DNA from: Lingula anatina
Lineage: Eukaryota > Animalia > Brachiopoda
Assembly: GCA_051362555.1 (NCBI GenBank)
Contig: CM120640.1
Location: 1,922,001-1,986,000 of the forward strand
DNA length: 64,000 nt
Reading direction: 5' to 3'
Under the pieces are notes generated by a model. That model worked only from the letters and a program-made list of their open reading frames with translations. It was not told the origin of the DNA and did no database searches. Shown piece by piece: positions 28,701-41,100 of this stretch. A program made the position numbers and the translations under genes. The stretch's first letter is position 1; the number at the start of each line of letters is the position of its first letter.

Positions 28701-31700
28701 TGGTAAACTTGTTATCGTGTATTGTGTAATAAAGTGTCAAAAATGGAAATAAACTCATATCATTGCAGTTTGTCAGATGCAATCATTCACTATGTTCAGA
28801 ATCTCAGGATGGAGGAAATTGGACATTTAACACTGTTGTATTGATATTTTTCCCATCTCATCAATTTTCTTAGTTGATCGTATAAAAATGGCAGTAACCT
28901 GTTAATTTTGTTTATGTTAAAAAAATTGTTAAAAATGGAAAAAAAACATTTCAGAACAGTGCTGTCTTGTTTACATTTTGGCATTTTCAAGTTGTGACTT
29001 TGAAGTTCCATGGGCCTGAAGACCTTTGCTAGTCACATTTTCTGAATATCCATGATACTAATATTTTATTATTAAAAATTGATGGTCATTAAGCTGTTTA
29101 ACATTATGTAATATTGCATCAAAATTTGAAAAAAACTTATTTTGGGCACTGCTCCCATGATGACCATTTAAGAAAAACCATGTCACTTACTGTTCTCAAA
29201 CAGTACAGTAAATATGTACAGATGTGTCTGTACATATTGCCATCACCTGCGTCTGTCGTGGCTGGCGTTGCCGTCACTGTCACTGTCACTGTCGCCGTCG
29301 CCGTGCACTTTCATTGTAAACGCGATAAGTGGAAGGCAGTTTTACTTTTTGGCTGTATATTTACAGAGCTGATGAATATCCATAAAACGCAGGTCAAGTC
29401 CGAAAATCAGCATGATCGGGCCATTATTGTAGAACTTATGCTGTTTTTTCACTTTTCAGCATATATGCAACACTGTAAACACATTTCAAGGAAAACTGTT
29501 AGGCCTGTTGTCATGAAACTCATAGGAGTAATCAATCTTACTATAACGCAGGTCAAGTTAGAAAATAGGCATGATCGGGCCACTATTTTAGTTATGCTTT
29601 TTTTTTTCACTTTTCAGCATATATGCAACACTGTAAACACAAAATAAGAAAAACAGATAGGCCAATTGTCAGTAAACTCACAGGAGTGGTCATTCCTGCT
29701 AAAACGCAGGTTGAGTTTAAAAATCAGCTTAATTGGGCCATTATTTTGAAGAAATGCTGTTTTTTCACATTTCCTCAGATTTAATTCTTAGGCATGTTAA
29801 CATGCATGTTTCATTATTTAATTAGTAAGATAAGTAAAAGTGTTTGTTTGGCATTTCCTGCATCTTTACAACATATGTAAAAATGATGGTAAACTTGTTA
29901 TCTTGTATTGTGTAATAAAGTTTCAAAAAATGGAAATAAACTCATATCATTGCAGTTTGTCAGATTCAATCATTGACATTCACTATGTTCAGAATCTCAG
30001 AATGGAAGAAATTGGACATTTAACACTGCTCTATTGATATTTTTCCCATCTCATCAATTTTTTTAGTTGATCATATAAAAACGGCACTAAACTGTTAATT
30101 TTGTTTTATGTTAAAAATTGTTAAAAATGGAAAAAAAAAAATTCAGAACAGTGCTGTCTTGTTTACATTTTGGCATTTTCAAGTTGTGACTTTGAAGTTC
30201 CATGGGCCTGAAGACCTTTGCTAGTAACATTTTCTGAATATCCATAATACTCATCATTATGCTGTTAAACATTATGTAATATTGCATCAAAATTTGAAAA
30301 AAAAAAAACTATTTTGGGCACTGCCCCCATGATGACCATTTAAGAAAAACCATGTCACTTACTGTTCTCAAACTTACAGGAAAGAAACATGGGACTAAAA
30401 TACAGCTTCAGTAGGCAATGCAGTCTGTTTGGTAATTCTTACTGCCAGTTAAACAGTTTTTTTGTGAAAATTTAATTTTTCACATATTGGCATTTTCAAG
30501 GTGTAACTTTGAAGTTCCACGGGCTTGAAGACCCATGCTAGTCACATTTTCTGAAAATCCATGTATATTTTATTATTAAAAATTGACGGTCATTATGCTG
30601 TTAACCATTATGTAATATTGCATCAGAATAGAAGAAAACACAATTTTGGGTGCTGCTTGAGCATAATTAAAATTTGATGTTGAATTTGCAGTTTAACATA
30701 ATGTACTTTTGCATCAGAATTGACAGTAGCCTATTTTGTGCATAGTTATTTCCTGTTTTTTGTCTGTACATTTGACAGCTTTGCTGCCTTGTTTTTCTTT
30801 AATCATTGCAGTGTGCTCTTTATGAAACGCGTCTGTCAGAAACCATTACCTTGAATGTTGATACATCTGGCAATGTATTAGGGGTTTCAACCAGGACATA
30901 TCTTCCCTACTGTCAATATAACAGTGTGCCAAGCTCACAGCTGTCAAAGTTCAACATTACAGTAGAGATTTCACAAACTCTACCAGGACCTGTGTAAGTC
31001 TTTTCAATTTGTTGTTTATGCTGTTGATTCTTACACTCTTAAAAAGCCAATTTTAAAATGCCAGTTCAGTCAAGAAACAGAAAGGGATAATGGCTCTTCA
31101 TTTTGGCAAAAAAAAAAAGTGCTATAAAATGGATTTTCCTGGGATATTTATGATTCTGTTCCTACATTCAAAGTTAGGAGCATAGCCATCTATAAAGGTT
31201 CACATGGTCTTATGGCAAGCACAGATTTCATAAAAATTGCAATAACTGCTGTTTTGGTGGTAAAATGGTATTTATTACATTTCTGTGTGTTGTTTACAAT
31301 GTATTTATTGTTGAATTTTGAATCTCTAATGGAGAATTGTTTAGCCTTTAAACTGGTCACCTGAGTTAAATTCAGTCATTAATAATTACAAAATTTTAGA
31401 GAATAATTAAAAAGATTTGAATTTGATCAATAATATTGACTTAACACATATGTCAAACATCTTGCACATGACATTTTGAAATGGTAGATGGCTTAAAATC
31501 ATTTCTTTCCAGGCCTGACACTCAGAGTTACATACAGAGAATGGAACAAGAAAAGGCAGAAAAAGCTAAGGGCCAGCAACAAGATAATAGGTCTTTCTTT
31601 GCAAAATATGTAAGTAGACATTGGGATTGGTGTGTCCTTAAGGCAATGTTTGATCAACTTGTTTAATTTTTAGAATGATTGCTAAAAAATTTTTTTTATT

Positions 31701-31841
31701 ATGTGGAAACTCTAATTACTGCTCAAACAAATCTAATTAATGCTCAAACTTGTGTTAATGCTTTTTCAGTGGATGTATTTGGTGCCGCTGTTCATATTTC
31801 TCCTGGTCTCATCCAGTCAAGCAGAAGAGGGTGGCAGGTGA
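22715..31841 (+). CDS. EMC10: ER membrane protein complex subunit 10, 7 exons, ~231 aa
   Basis: Exons 22715-22786, 23128-23185, 27505-27620, 27815-27913, 30812-30993, 31513-31609, 31770-31841 (696 nt). Signal peptide, 'FTRKG', 'YRLRV', 'KACALYETRLSETITLNVD', 'GPVPDTQSYIQRMEQE', 'DNRSFFAKYWMY' plus a C-terminal TM segment. Confidence 0.93.
26547..26775 (+). mobile_element. Small HINE-like element, family B, nested in the family A copy
   Basis: 5' 'tacctc..ctctgtcaaggaggt' and 3' subTIR 'ccttggcagaggt', followed by hairpin GCACTCttgGAGTGC and a T-rich end. Confidence 0.65.
27005..27168. mobile_element. Inverted copy of the 7262-7428 MITE, nested in the HINE
   Basis: 'aggggtggatt...ggaggatggatcaa...ctgtcagaaaata...ggtccactcctg' is the reverse complement of the 7262 element. 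Confidence 0.7.
28146..30796 (+). mobile_element. HINE family A, double-headed copy (EMC10 intron 4)
   Basis: Head at 28152, second head at ~29215, the same internal repeats as 23903-27332, and an identical 3' end 'tgtctgtacatttgacagctttgctgccttgtttt' (30761-30795). Confidence 0.82.
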
Positions 31842-32906
31842 CATGGAAAAAGTAGTTAGCTTGGTCATAGTTTGATGCCTGATGTTGAGAACTGGAGGAA
31901 GATTAGAGCTACAAAGTTGTTATCAAGGAAGCAGTACAAGGGGTGTTTATTAGCTACATTTGAGTTTATTGAAGCAAACACGGACTAGGAAAAACTTACT
32001 AGTGTGTTTTGCAAATGGGAAAACTACTCCATTAGACCTAAAAGGGTAGTTTTTTTACAGGTCCCATCTGGAAGTCTGTAGTGAATAATCATAGATAAAA
32101 TGATTTTTTTTTTTCATGTTAGTCTTTTAAGTGACTTGGATAATGTACAGGAAATAATTCTTGTTGTGTTGTGTAATTCCCACTGTTGATTAGATTTTTC
32201 TTGTATTTATAATCATTATTTCCACTGTAAAATAAAAGAACACAAGATATACAGCTTCAAAAATGTTTTTGATATAATACTAGCTCTATCAACATGAAAG
32301 CCCAGTTGCTTAGAAAAAAAAATCTTTGAAATTATGATGCTATAGATACCAGACCCAACTTTGTTGTTCAACTGGTGTGAAGGGTGCCAGGCAGGTAAAC
32401 AACTGTTCAGCTGGCAAACATCAACTTTGTTTACTTGTTCAGAACTTTTTAAACTTCTATTTTTGCTAGAGGAAACCCAAAATACATCTGTAAATGGTCA
32501 TTTCTGCTTTAAAGGGGGTGTAAAGTTAGACCACAAAAACGCCAGCAATTTAATTTTCATTTTGTGTCGCATAACATTTTTGTTACCATGTGAATATGCA
32601 AAAAATAGCAAATCAGAAACTCGGAATTCAACCATTATTTCTTCTTATTTATTTACAAAGTGAAAAAGGCTTGATATAAATTATAAAATGTGAATGAAGA
32701 AAACAATATTTAAGAAACTCCATCCTTGTTATTATTTTCTAAGCCAAAGAAAGGTCAATTTACATAGATCATGGAGCACGTAAATATACCTTACATAAAA
32801 GGTGACAGAAAAGAGCATAACTGATCGAAGAATTGTCTGCTATTATGGGAACCAAAATTTTCCCCAGCGAGCCATTCACCTGTCATTTCAGATTTAACTG
32901 AACCAT

Positions 32907-34986
32907 CTAGAACAGCATATTCTGCAGGGACTTCTTGAAAGTGTCCATTGTCTGCTTTTGCTGAAAAATAAAAAGATAAAAATTCTATTAAATGCTATTA
33001 TTATAATACATTCAAATCTAACTTACCATCTAAAGTATTTCTAGAAGGGATTTTTGTAGTGTAAGTCATGTATAATTGTGAAATATTTTATTGTGATCAT
33101 TTGAAAACTTACAGTATCCATCAATGCTTTCTTTTGAAGAAGTGCCATTTCTTTCTTCAGTTCAGCCTGGACTTTTGCTGCTTGTGACTGGTGATCTGTT
33201 TCAACTTTTTCCAACCCCTAAAGTACAGAGTTTAATGTGTAAAGTGACAGTATCCTGTAGAATATCAGATATTTTGCCTTTCATGTTCTGAAAACTTAGT
33301 GCTTATTTATTTTAATTTTAGCATTTCATATGCCTAAAATATGTTTGGTCAATTATTTCAATTTGAAAAATAGTAGGCCTTCTATATACGTATCAGTTTT
33401 TGGGGTTGTGATAAAGGAGGAATTTGAACCTGTATATATACCTTTATATATTCTTCATGTAGCTGTCTGATTGTTTTTAGCCTCTGGCTTTGGATGATTC
33501 TGGACTGCTGAGTAAGTTTCAGCTGTTGTCGGAATACATTCTACAAAAACAAAAGTTTATTAATTTACATGTTTTTACAAGTACAAAAAATTTAAGGGGC
33601 ATTCAGATCCAAGACAGTTTGCACATTAAAGAGAACTTTAACATTAACTTTCCAAGTGCAAATCCTCTGTACCTGTATTTTCTCCTCTTGCTCTTTTGTC
33701 TTTTCCAAGTCTGTCTCCAGCTGCTGCAAAACATTTGAAACTTGCTTGTCATACTCCTCATGTAGTCTCTGCCTATTAAAAGAAAGAACATTTTTAGAAG
33801 TTTGAAGATGAAAAAGACACACCAATAATTAAGTACATAACACCAAACTGTGTAAAATTACTTAATGAAAAAAAAAGTAAATTATCTAAATATTTGAAAT
33901 GTGTGTCAACATTTTAAGCTTTTGTTTGCATGGCATTGAAAATTTTCTATTTCTTCAATCTTTTGAATAACTGAATTTTATGAATCTACCTTTCATTTTG
34001 TTGTCGTATAAGAACTTCATCAACTTTGACATGACCTTTCTTCAGAGAGTTTTGAGTCAGTTGTTCTAACTTCTTACGTTTACTCATCTCTGAGTTAATC
34101 ACCGCTAGAAACCGGAAATTAATAATGCAATCATATAAATATAAGAACAATTTACAAAAAGGAGATTTTCTTTGTTGAATGGTTACTGCTTCAATCAAAT
34201 GGATTATGGCACAAATTCAAAAATAGTCCAAAATCATCCTTTATCTTTTTTTCTTTTTTTTTTCTCATGAAGATGATTTTCACACAAAGAACAAATATAT
34301 CCAGTAATATGTTGTCTTGCTAGACATACCTCCAAAACAACCAAGCATTCTGTGAAGTTCATTACTGAAAATAAAGAACACAAAATACTTTTATTGTTGA
34401 TAATAGTGTTAAACCAGCTTTTTGTAACAGAAAAGCAAAATCATTCACTTTCAAATATGAAAAAAAGAAGTATTGTTTAACAGGTGAAATCTTCAGAGGT
34501 AATGCAAATTAAAACTTTACTTGAAGTCGCCTGGTTCTGGTTCATCTGCCTCTTCTGTTTCTCTGTATGTTCTTTTCTTTCCTGCCTTGGAAACTAGTGG
34601 AGTTTCATCTGAAAAATTAATGTTGACATATTAAATGGTAAGTTTTCACCCACCTTATTTTTATTAACACCTACCAATCCCACTATGTTGTAGTTGTTTT
34701 CATGAATATTAACATCATAGATATTGTTATTTTTGGTTATTCTTTCTGCCAATTGCAACCTAATTGGGAAGAGCAAATCAGCTAACAAATTGGGAAAAGC
34801 AACTTTAATTTTTGAGTTTTGTTTATTCTTAAGTTATTTTTGTAAAAAGAAAAAAAACTCACATTTGCTCCCTGGAGGAGTTCCTGCCTGGCCATCTGCT
34901 TCATCATCATCAAAATCAAATCTACTGAGATCTTTGGTGTTAGCCGCAGCTGTTTTTTCTGTATCAGTCTTTTTGCCTCTTGCCAT
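32907..34986 (-). CDS. SYCP3: Synaptonemal complex protein 3 (Cor1/XLR family), 8 coding exons, ~239 aa
   Basis: Exons 34986-34863, 34608-34521, 34364-34330, 34104-33990, 33772-33673, 33540-33442, 33217-33113, 32960-32907 (720 nt). Peptides 'GKKR', '[14 protein letters not shown]', 'EQEEKIQNVFRQQ', '[15 protein letters not shown]', '[18 protein letters not shown]', 'KSLQNMLF*'. Probable non-coding 5' exon at ~35272-35430. Confidence 0.9.
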
Positions 34987-36240
34987 GCTTAAAATGTATT
35001 TTGAAAAACGGCCTTTTATCAGATAAAAACTACCCAACTGTGTCAGAACATAAATCTTAACATGTTTATCTTACATGCACATTTTATCATTGAATCTATT
35101 CCAGATTACTTTCATAATATTAATGGCTAATGTCATTTCATTAATTTATTGGTTATTTCAAAGTGAAATGTAACAGATGCCTTGATCAAAGCTTTGTGCA
35201 CAAGTCCCAATGTTCATTCTTAGCTACCAAGATACATTTTAGGTGTCCTATTATAAATGATTATAATATACCTTATAATCGCCCTTGCCGTCAGTAGAGA
35301 CCTTCTCACCGAGCACGGAAGTCTCTCTCCGTCTGTCTAGCAGACGACATAGAGTCGCATCACTATGATATTTCCGCACCAATAAAAAAGACCCAACATC
35401 GTCGTAGCACACAAGCGTTCTTCTTGTAACACACACAAAAGCAACGATTCATTTTTATCAAACAATAAAAAATAAACAGAAGAAAGAGGAATGTTGCTAT
35501 ATTCTTCAAGCGTTTATTGAGAAAAATCGCGTATTAATCCTAGAATGAAAAAAAAAAAAAAAAACCCTCTCCATATACTGGACTCGGTTTCACTATTACT
35601 CTCTTCTCTCAAAAACAGGTGCGATATTTCTGAAATCCTTGCATTTTGTTTTTATCATTAGGGTTTCTTTTTTAATTTCTTATTAATTTGTTTTTCTTGG
35701 AAAAATATTAGAAAAAGGCCTCCAATGCTGGCATGGGAATTTTCTCCCTTTTGGCCTATCTGTGTCAAAAAGCTCTTTTAGTTTTGATACCTATAGTTAA
35801 CAAATGATCTTTTAAGAAAAAAACAAAAACAAAAAATGAAAATGTCATTGCCAATTTGGGAATTGATTTCTCATGAAGATGCATATTAGCTTTTAATCTT
35901 CTCAGAGAACAAACAACAGTTAGATGTAGATTAATTTTTTTTTTTAGATATTTTAGGACAAATAAATAAATTCCATCGCCGCAAGCAAAGAAAGTGAATC
36001 AGTGAATGCGATAGATGTGCCTAGTCAGGCACAACATGATTGTTACAATCTCCGGTGAATATTTTGATGCTCATTAAAATAACAAAAATGTCACCTTTCC
36101 CCTTTCTCTCCTTCTGTTTCTTTCGAAGTTGGCGCTATATATTCTCAGATATTTATGTATGATGAACAATATGGACTGAATCTGAAAATTCTGATTTAAC
36201 GAATCACGACCTAATGACCCATTTGCGTCAAAACTAAAAC

Positions 36241-38143
36241 ATGGCGACGACCATTGTGCTTTGCGACCGCTGTACTGAGGGGAAAACCAAGAGAATAAAG
36301 CTTGATTCGATAAATTTAAATGACAATGTTGGTAAATTACGTATTGCTGCATCACAGAAGACGAACTTGCCAAAGGAACAAATAGGTGAAATAAGATTTT
36401 AAAAAATATTTCTTACTTTTCGCAACCGCATTGGCCTGCTTAACAGTGAGTTGCTAAATGTTAAGGTATTTTATGCAAAAGAATGCATAGGATGTATCCC
36501 TACGTTAGAATAAACGTCATAATTGTTAACACTAGTACACAGTAAAAACTAATGTGACTAATATAGTCTACCAACCAGTTTTTGTATTTGTAGATCTACC
36601 GATTATAACTTGTGACAATTTCAACTGTCAGCATATATTTGCTCTTTTTTAAAAATGTCCATATACCTTCCTTCTGCTGTTGATAATTTTTGTTATGTTT
36701 GGCTTAGCCTTTGCCATATATACAGTGCACGATTCCAGTGTGTGTGCGTGCGTGCATGCATGCGTGTGTGTGAAGGGAGGGGGGCAGTCCCAATGCTAAA
36801 ATAGGGTACATAAAATATCTGCTAATGGCACACACAAATTTACCAGTTGCACACCAGTTGCGATTATTGCAAGATAAGGTTTTAACTGTCAAAAGTGATG
36901 AAAGGAAAGTTTAAAATTAAGCCCAACAACAATGTAAAAGCCATAACTTATTTTTTGTTTTATTTTTTAGAGCTAATTTACTGTGGCCGATGTCTCCAAG
37001 ATGATGAAACGTTGGAGTCCTATGGGGTGAAGCCAGGGACAACTGTTCATGCACTGAAGAAGACCAACATAGAAGACAATGAACAGCCCCTTGGTAAGAA
37101 ATCATGGTTGTTATGATCATAAAATTTATTTATATTTGTCATTTAATTATTTATCTTGTCATTCATTTGTTCTTTCTCATACAATGCACTTGTATAACAA
37201 CTGTATGTGACAGCTTATGAATCAAGGATATGCATGTATACAAATATGCAATTCTTTGTTATTCAGAAAAAATGGATAAAGCGTCTATCCAACAAGTAGT
37301 GACAGCTCTCCAAGCTGCCATAATTAACCCTAGTCACAGGGCAGTGGTGAGTACAGACATATATCCACAATCACTTCAGCAAAGCTGATTATCTTCTTAT
37401 GTTTTTAAGGGAAATATAGAATATTCTAAGCATTTCATTGAGAGACTGATACACTGTTACCAGCTTTATATATAGATTCCACACAGTTTTAACTGGTTTC
37501 CTTCATTTTCAGCTGTTATGCCATTGTTTATAGCTTTATAAATAATAGATATTTATATTTTGAAATATATTTTGTTGGCAACTCTGTTATTTTCTTAATT
37601 TCATGGCTGTTCCAAAGCTAACTTAAAGGTGCATGTAATGAAAGTGCAGCAAAAATGGTGAGCAATTTTTTTATTCAAAATTTTGACATAAATGTTTATC
37701 TTTTTACATGATATTATTTTTATTTTGCCAGTTGGAACAAATGTTGAAGAACTCTGAAACTGTAGATAATATAATAGCTGCCACTCCCAAACTAGACAAA
37801 GACCCTGTGGCTGTGGGTAGGTACTGATAGTTTATATTATATTATATTATATTATATTATATTATATTATATTATATTATATTATATTATATTATATCAG
37901 TAATATAACAAAAAAAGTATTCAGTAACTGAAATAGCTTCATAAGTGTGACCGTTGTTATAATAGAACTTATTTCAAATGTTGTAACAACAGCTGTGGGT
38001 AGACTTTGTAAGTAAACTGTCAGTTGGGCAGTGACAAAGAAATGTCAGTCTGTTCCTCATTTCAGCCATGATCCAGGACCCTGAGTTGATAGCTATGCTG
38101 GCAGACCCAAACATGGTACACAAGTAAGTACATTATTATTATT

Positions 38144-38196
<53 letters not shown>

Positions 38197-41100
38197 TAAT
38201 CATGATGATGATGATGATGATGATTTTACTTTTTTAATGTCATCATTTACTTCTAAAACAGTTTCATTGTGCTTTAACATTATTGAAGACTATTTAGCAT
38301 TTTGAACATTAAGAGATATGTGAAAATTTATAGATGAAGCGTGTGTCTTTAGCACAAGCACACATGTTTAAAACAATAATGGTTACTTTAAAGCTTATTT
38401 ATAGCTTGATGTTATATTTGTAATATTTTTCTGTTTGATGTGACATTTAACTCATTTGCAATATTTTGTTATTATATCAGAGTAATTGAGGCCCACCCGT
38501 CTCTTGCTCATGCAGCCATGCACGTGGCGGCTGCTGTGAACGAAGCAGGAGCCAAGGCAGGACCTAGCACCCCTAGCAGGACACAGACAAGGAGTACAGG
38601 TGATAGATGGCATATTAAAAGACATTTAGGTTATATCATATTTAAAGAAATAAGGTGTGAATGTTTTGCTTCTGAAGAAGACTGTGTTATTGTGTTATTT
38701 GTGTTGCTTAAAGTTACATTTACAGTTGGCTTGGATTCCCAGTAATCTTGTACAATGTAATGCTCTTGTACAAGTAAAATAAAGTTGACTTGCCAAGTCA
38801 CAAACCAAATTATTCCCTTGTTCTGCCAAAACATTAATTATTTTATAACCAGGATATGCTATAGTATTTGAGTAACTGTCCTGAGTGAAATAATGAGGAA
38901 AATGTGTCCCCTGTCTCATCCTGTGTTATGTGATTGTAATAAGCCTGTTTTTGTTTTTTAGGGACCTTTTCACTAGATCAGATGTCTGATGATGAAGATC
39001 TGATGGAGCAGGTACAGGTATGTGACCAATACTACCATGTTTGTATTTGTGAAGTTACAGGAAATGTCAAAGTACATTAACAGTAAAAAGCAAAGCCTGT
39101 TGCAAATTTAAAAGGGGATAAAACATTCTAGGTTTTAAAGAATAAAATGGAACTTGGTATTTCCACCCTGTCTTTGCAAAGAGTGATACATTTAAAATTT
39201 TTGATCTTGAAAATAAAGTGCCATTTGATACTTTCAACAAAAGGAAACTTTTAAAAGGTGTTTCTCCTGTTAATGTGTGAGGTGTACACTGTCACCTGAG
39301 CAATATATGCCAGATCACCTCCACACAGGTGCATATTTCACAAGTGTATTATTTCACATACATACTGAGAGAAAATACTCACATTCCACAGAAAAACACC
39401 CCTAAAACCAAATAAACTTAATGTTGCAATGGTCACATAACATCTCTAGCTGTATATATAACATCATCCATTGCAGCCAGCAGCAGGTGGGCCAGCAGGT
39501 GCCCCATTATTAGGCCAGTCTCCAGGAGGGATCACAGCAGCTCACCTGGCAGCAGCACTGGCAGCAGCAGCAGGAAGATCTAGGGTAAGTTGTAGGATTT
39601 TATGTTTGTTAGTTTCTATAGTGTCAGCTGCATAGATCTCATGGAAATGGGACAAAATCGAGACTTTTGTCCAGGCATACAATTCTGGTGCTAAAGAGAA
39701 GGCTTTAAAATTTTAGGAAAATCTATCAACCAACTCCTTACATAAAAGCCAAAGTGACAAATTAAGTCATTAAGTACATTTTCAGTGTAACAAGGTTCTG
39801 TACCCGATGTAGTTTGAGATGTACAAAGGTCTTGTCTTGATTTTCAGCCCCCTGATGGTAGTGGTCCGTCCACCAGTGGTCAGGGTCCGCCAGTGATCAC
39901 CTCGGACTTCTTTGCCCAGGCCATGCAACAAGTGGCTCAGTCCCCCAATATGACTGGACCCCATGTGTCTGGACCTCAGCCACCATCACAGGTAAGGTGG
40001 GGATTTATGTGCTAGCTAGGCTTACTTAACACCTTTGTGATATTGAAATTTGGAGCAGTGATCAGTCACATGTAGAGTGCCCCTAAGGCTGACTGGTTTT
40101 GGGATCAATTGGTGCATTTTGTTGGTTTGATGACAGGCATAAGCCATAGTCTTGACTCTTTGTTTTAAGGATTAATATGCAAACACATCTATACATACAT
40201 TACAGCATTATGTATCATTCATGAAAGTTTAAACATACCACTACGTAAAATTCTGAAAGCTAGTAAAGCTTTTGAAAACAGCATTGGTCACGGCATTGTC
40301 CACTAGGTGTCACTTGGGACACTGGTGAAAACAATTGCCAGTGTCTAGAGTGACACCTAGTGGATAATGTCTTGGTCTGGTCAAGTGTATATACTGAAAA
40401 CTTACCTTCTTGAATTCTTTAAGAATTGTCGTATGGTGTTAATACATTTAAACCTCCAGGAATACTATTTTTATTAGGTTAGATATATGCTAGTTGTGTT
40501 CTCTCTAACATTGCTCAGAATAAGTCCTCATGTACTTGCACTGGGTGCATCATGACAATCTGAGGTTTCTTTGTCCAGAAACGATGCAAAATGAACCAAG
40601 TTGAGACATAAGAATAGGGAATAAGAGTATGAAATCCTTCATAGGAGTAAAGTTCAACACAAATTCTGATATTTGGCTGATTAGGGCAGTTTTGAATAAT
40701 AGTAAGAAATTATTTATTGCACAAAGAACATAAAAGCTCTGCAGCAGGTAATAGATTGAGAGCATGACTGATAATATCCCTCTACACTATTGCATTTGAT
40801 GTGCTACTGGCTGCAGCAGATCTGGATTGAAATTTTAATTTCATTGAAAAGCAGCGGCAACATTTGTAATGTGGTAGTGGGAGGGATAAATTCTGAATTA
40901 ACCAATGTGTAAACACATATTATTGATCAGTTTAAGAAGATAATGGCATTTTGTTACTTCAAAATGAATATGATGAATCTATGATCTGTTTTTATTTAGT
41001 CTAACTTTTTCTGAAGTAAGACTTGAAAGTATCAAAAGGCAATACTGTGTGAGAATTCAGCATGTGTAACAGTTGAGGGTAAATAAATGCCCAATCCTTT

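Noticed and set aside
28165-29647. 162-aa and 177-aa ORFs (28165-28653, 29114-29647)
   Set aside because: They lie in HINE heads, microsatellites and internal repeats; the homologous copy at 23903 is not open; no Rep/helicase motifs.
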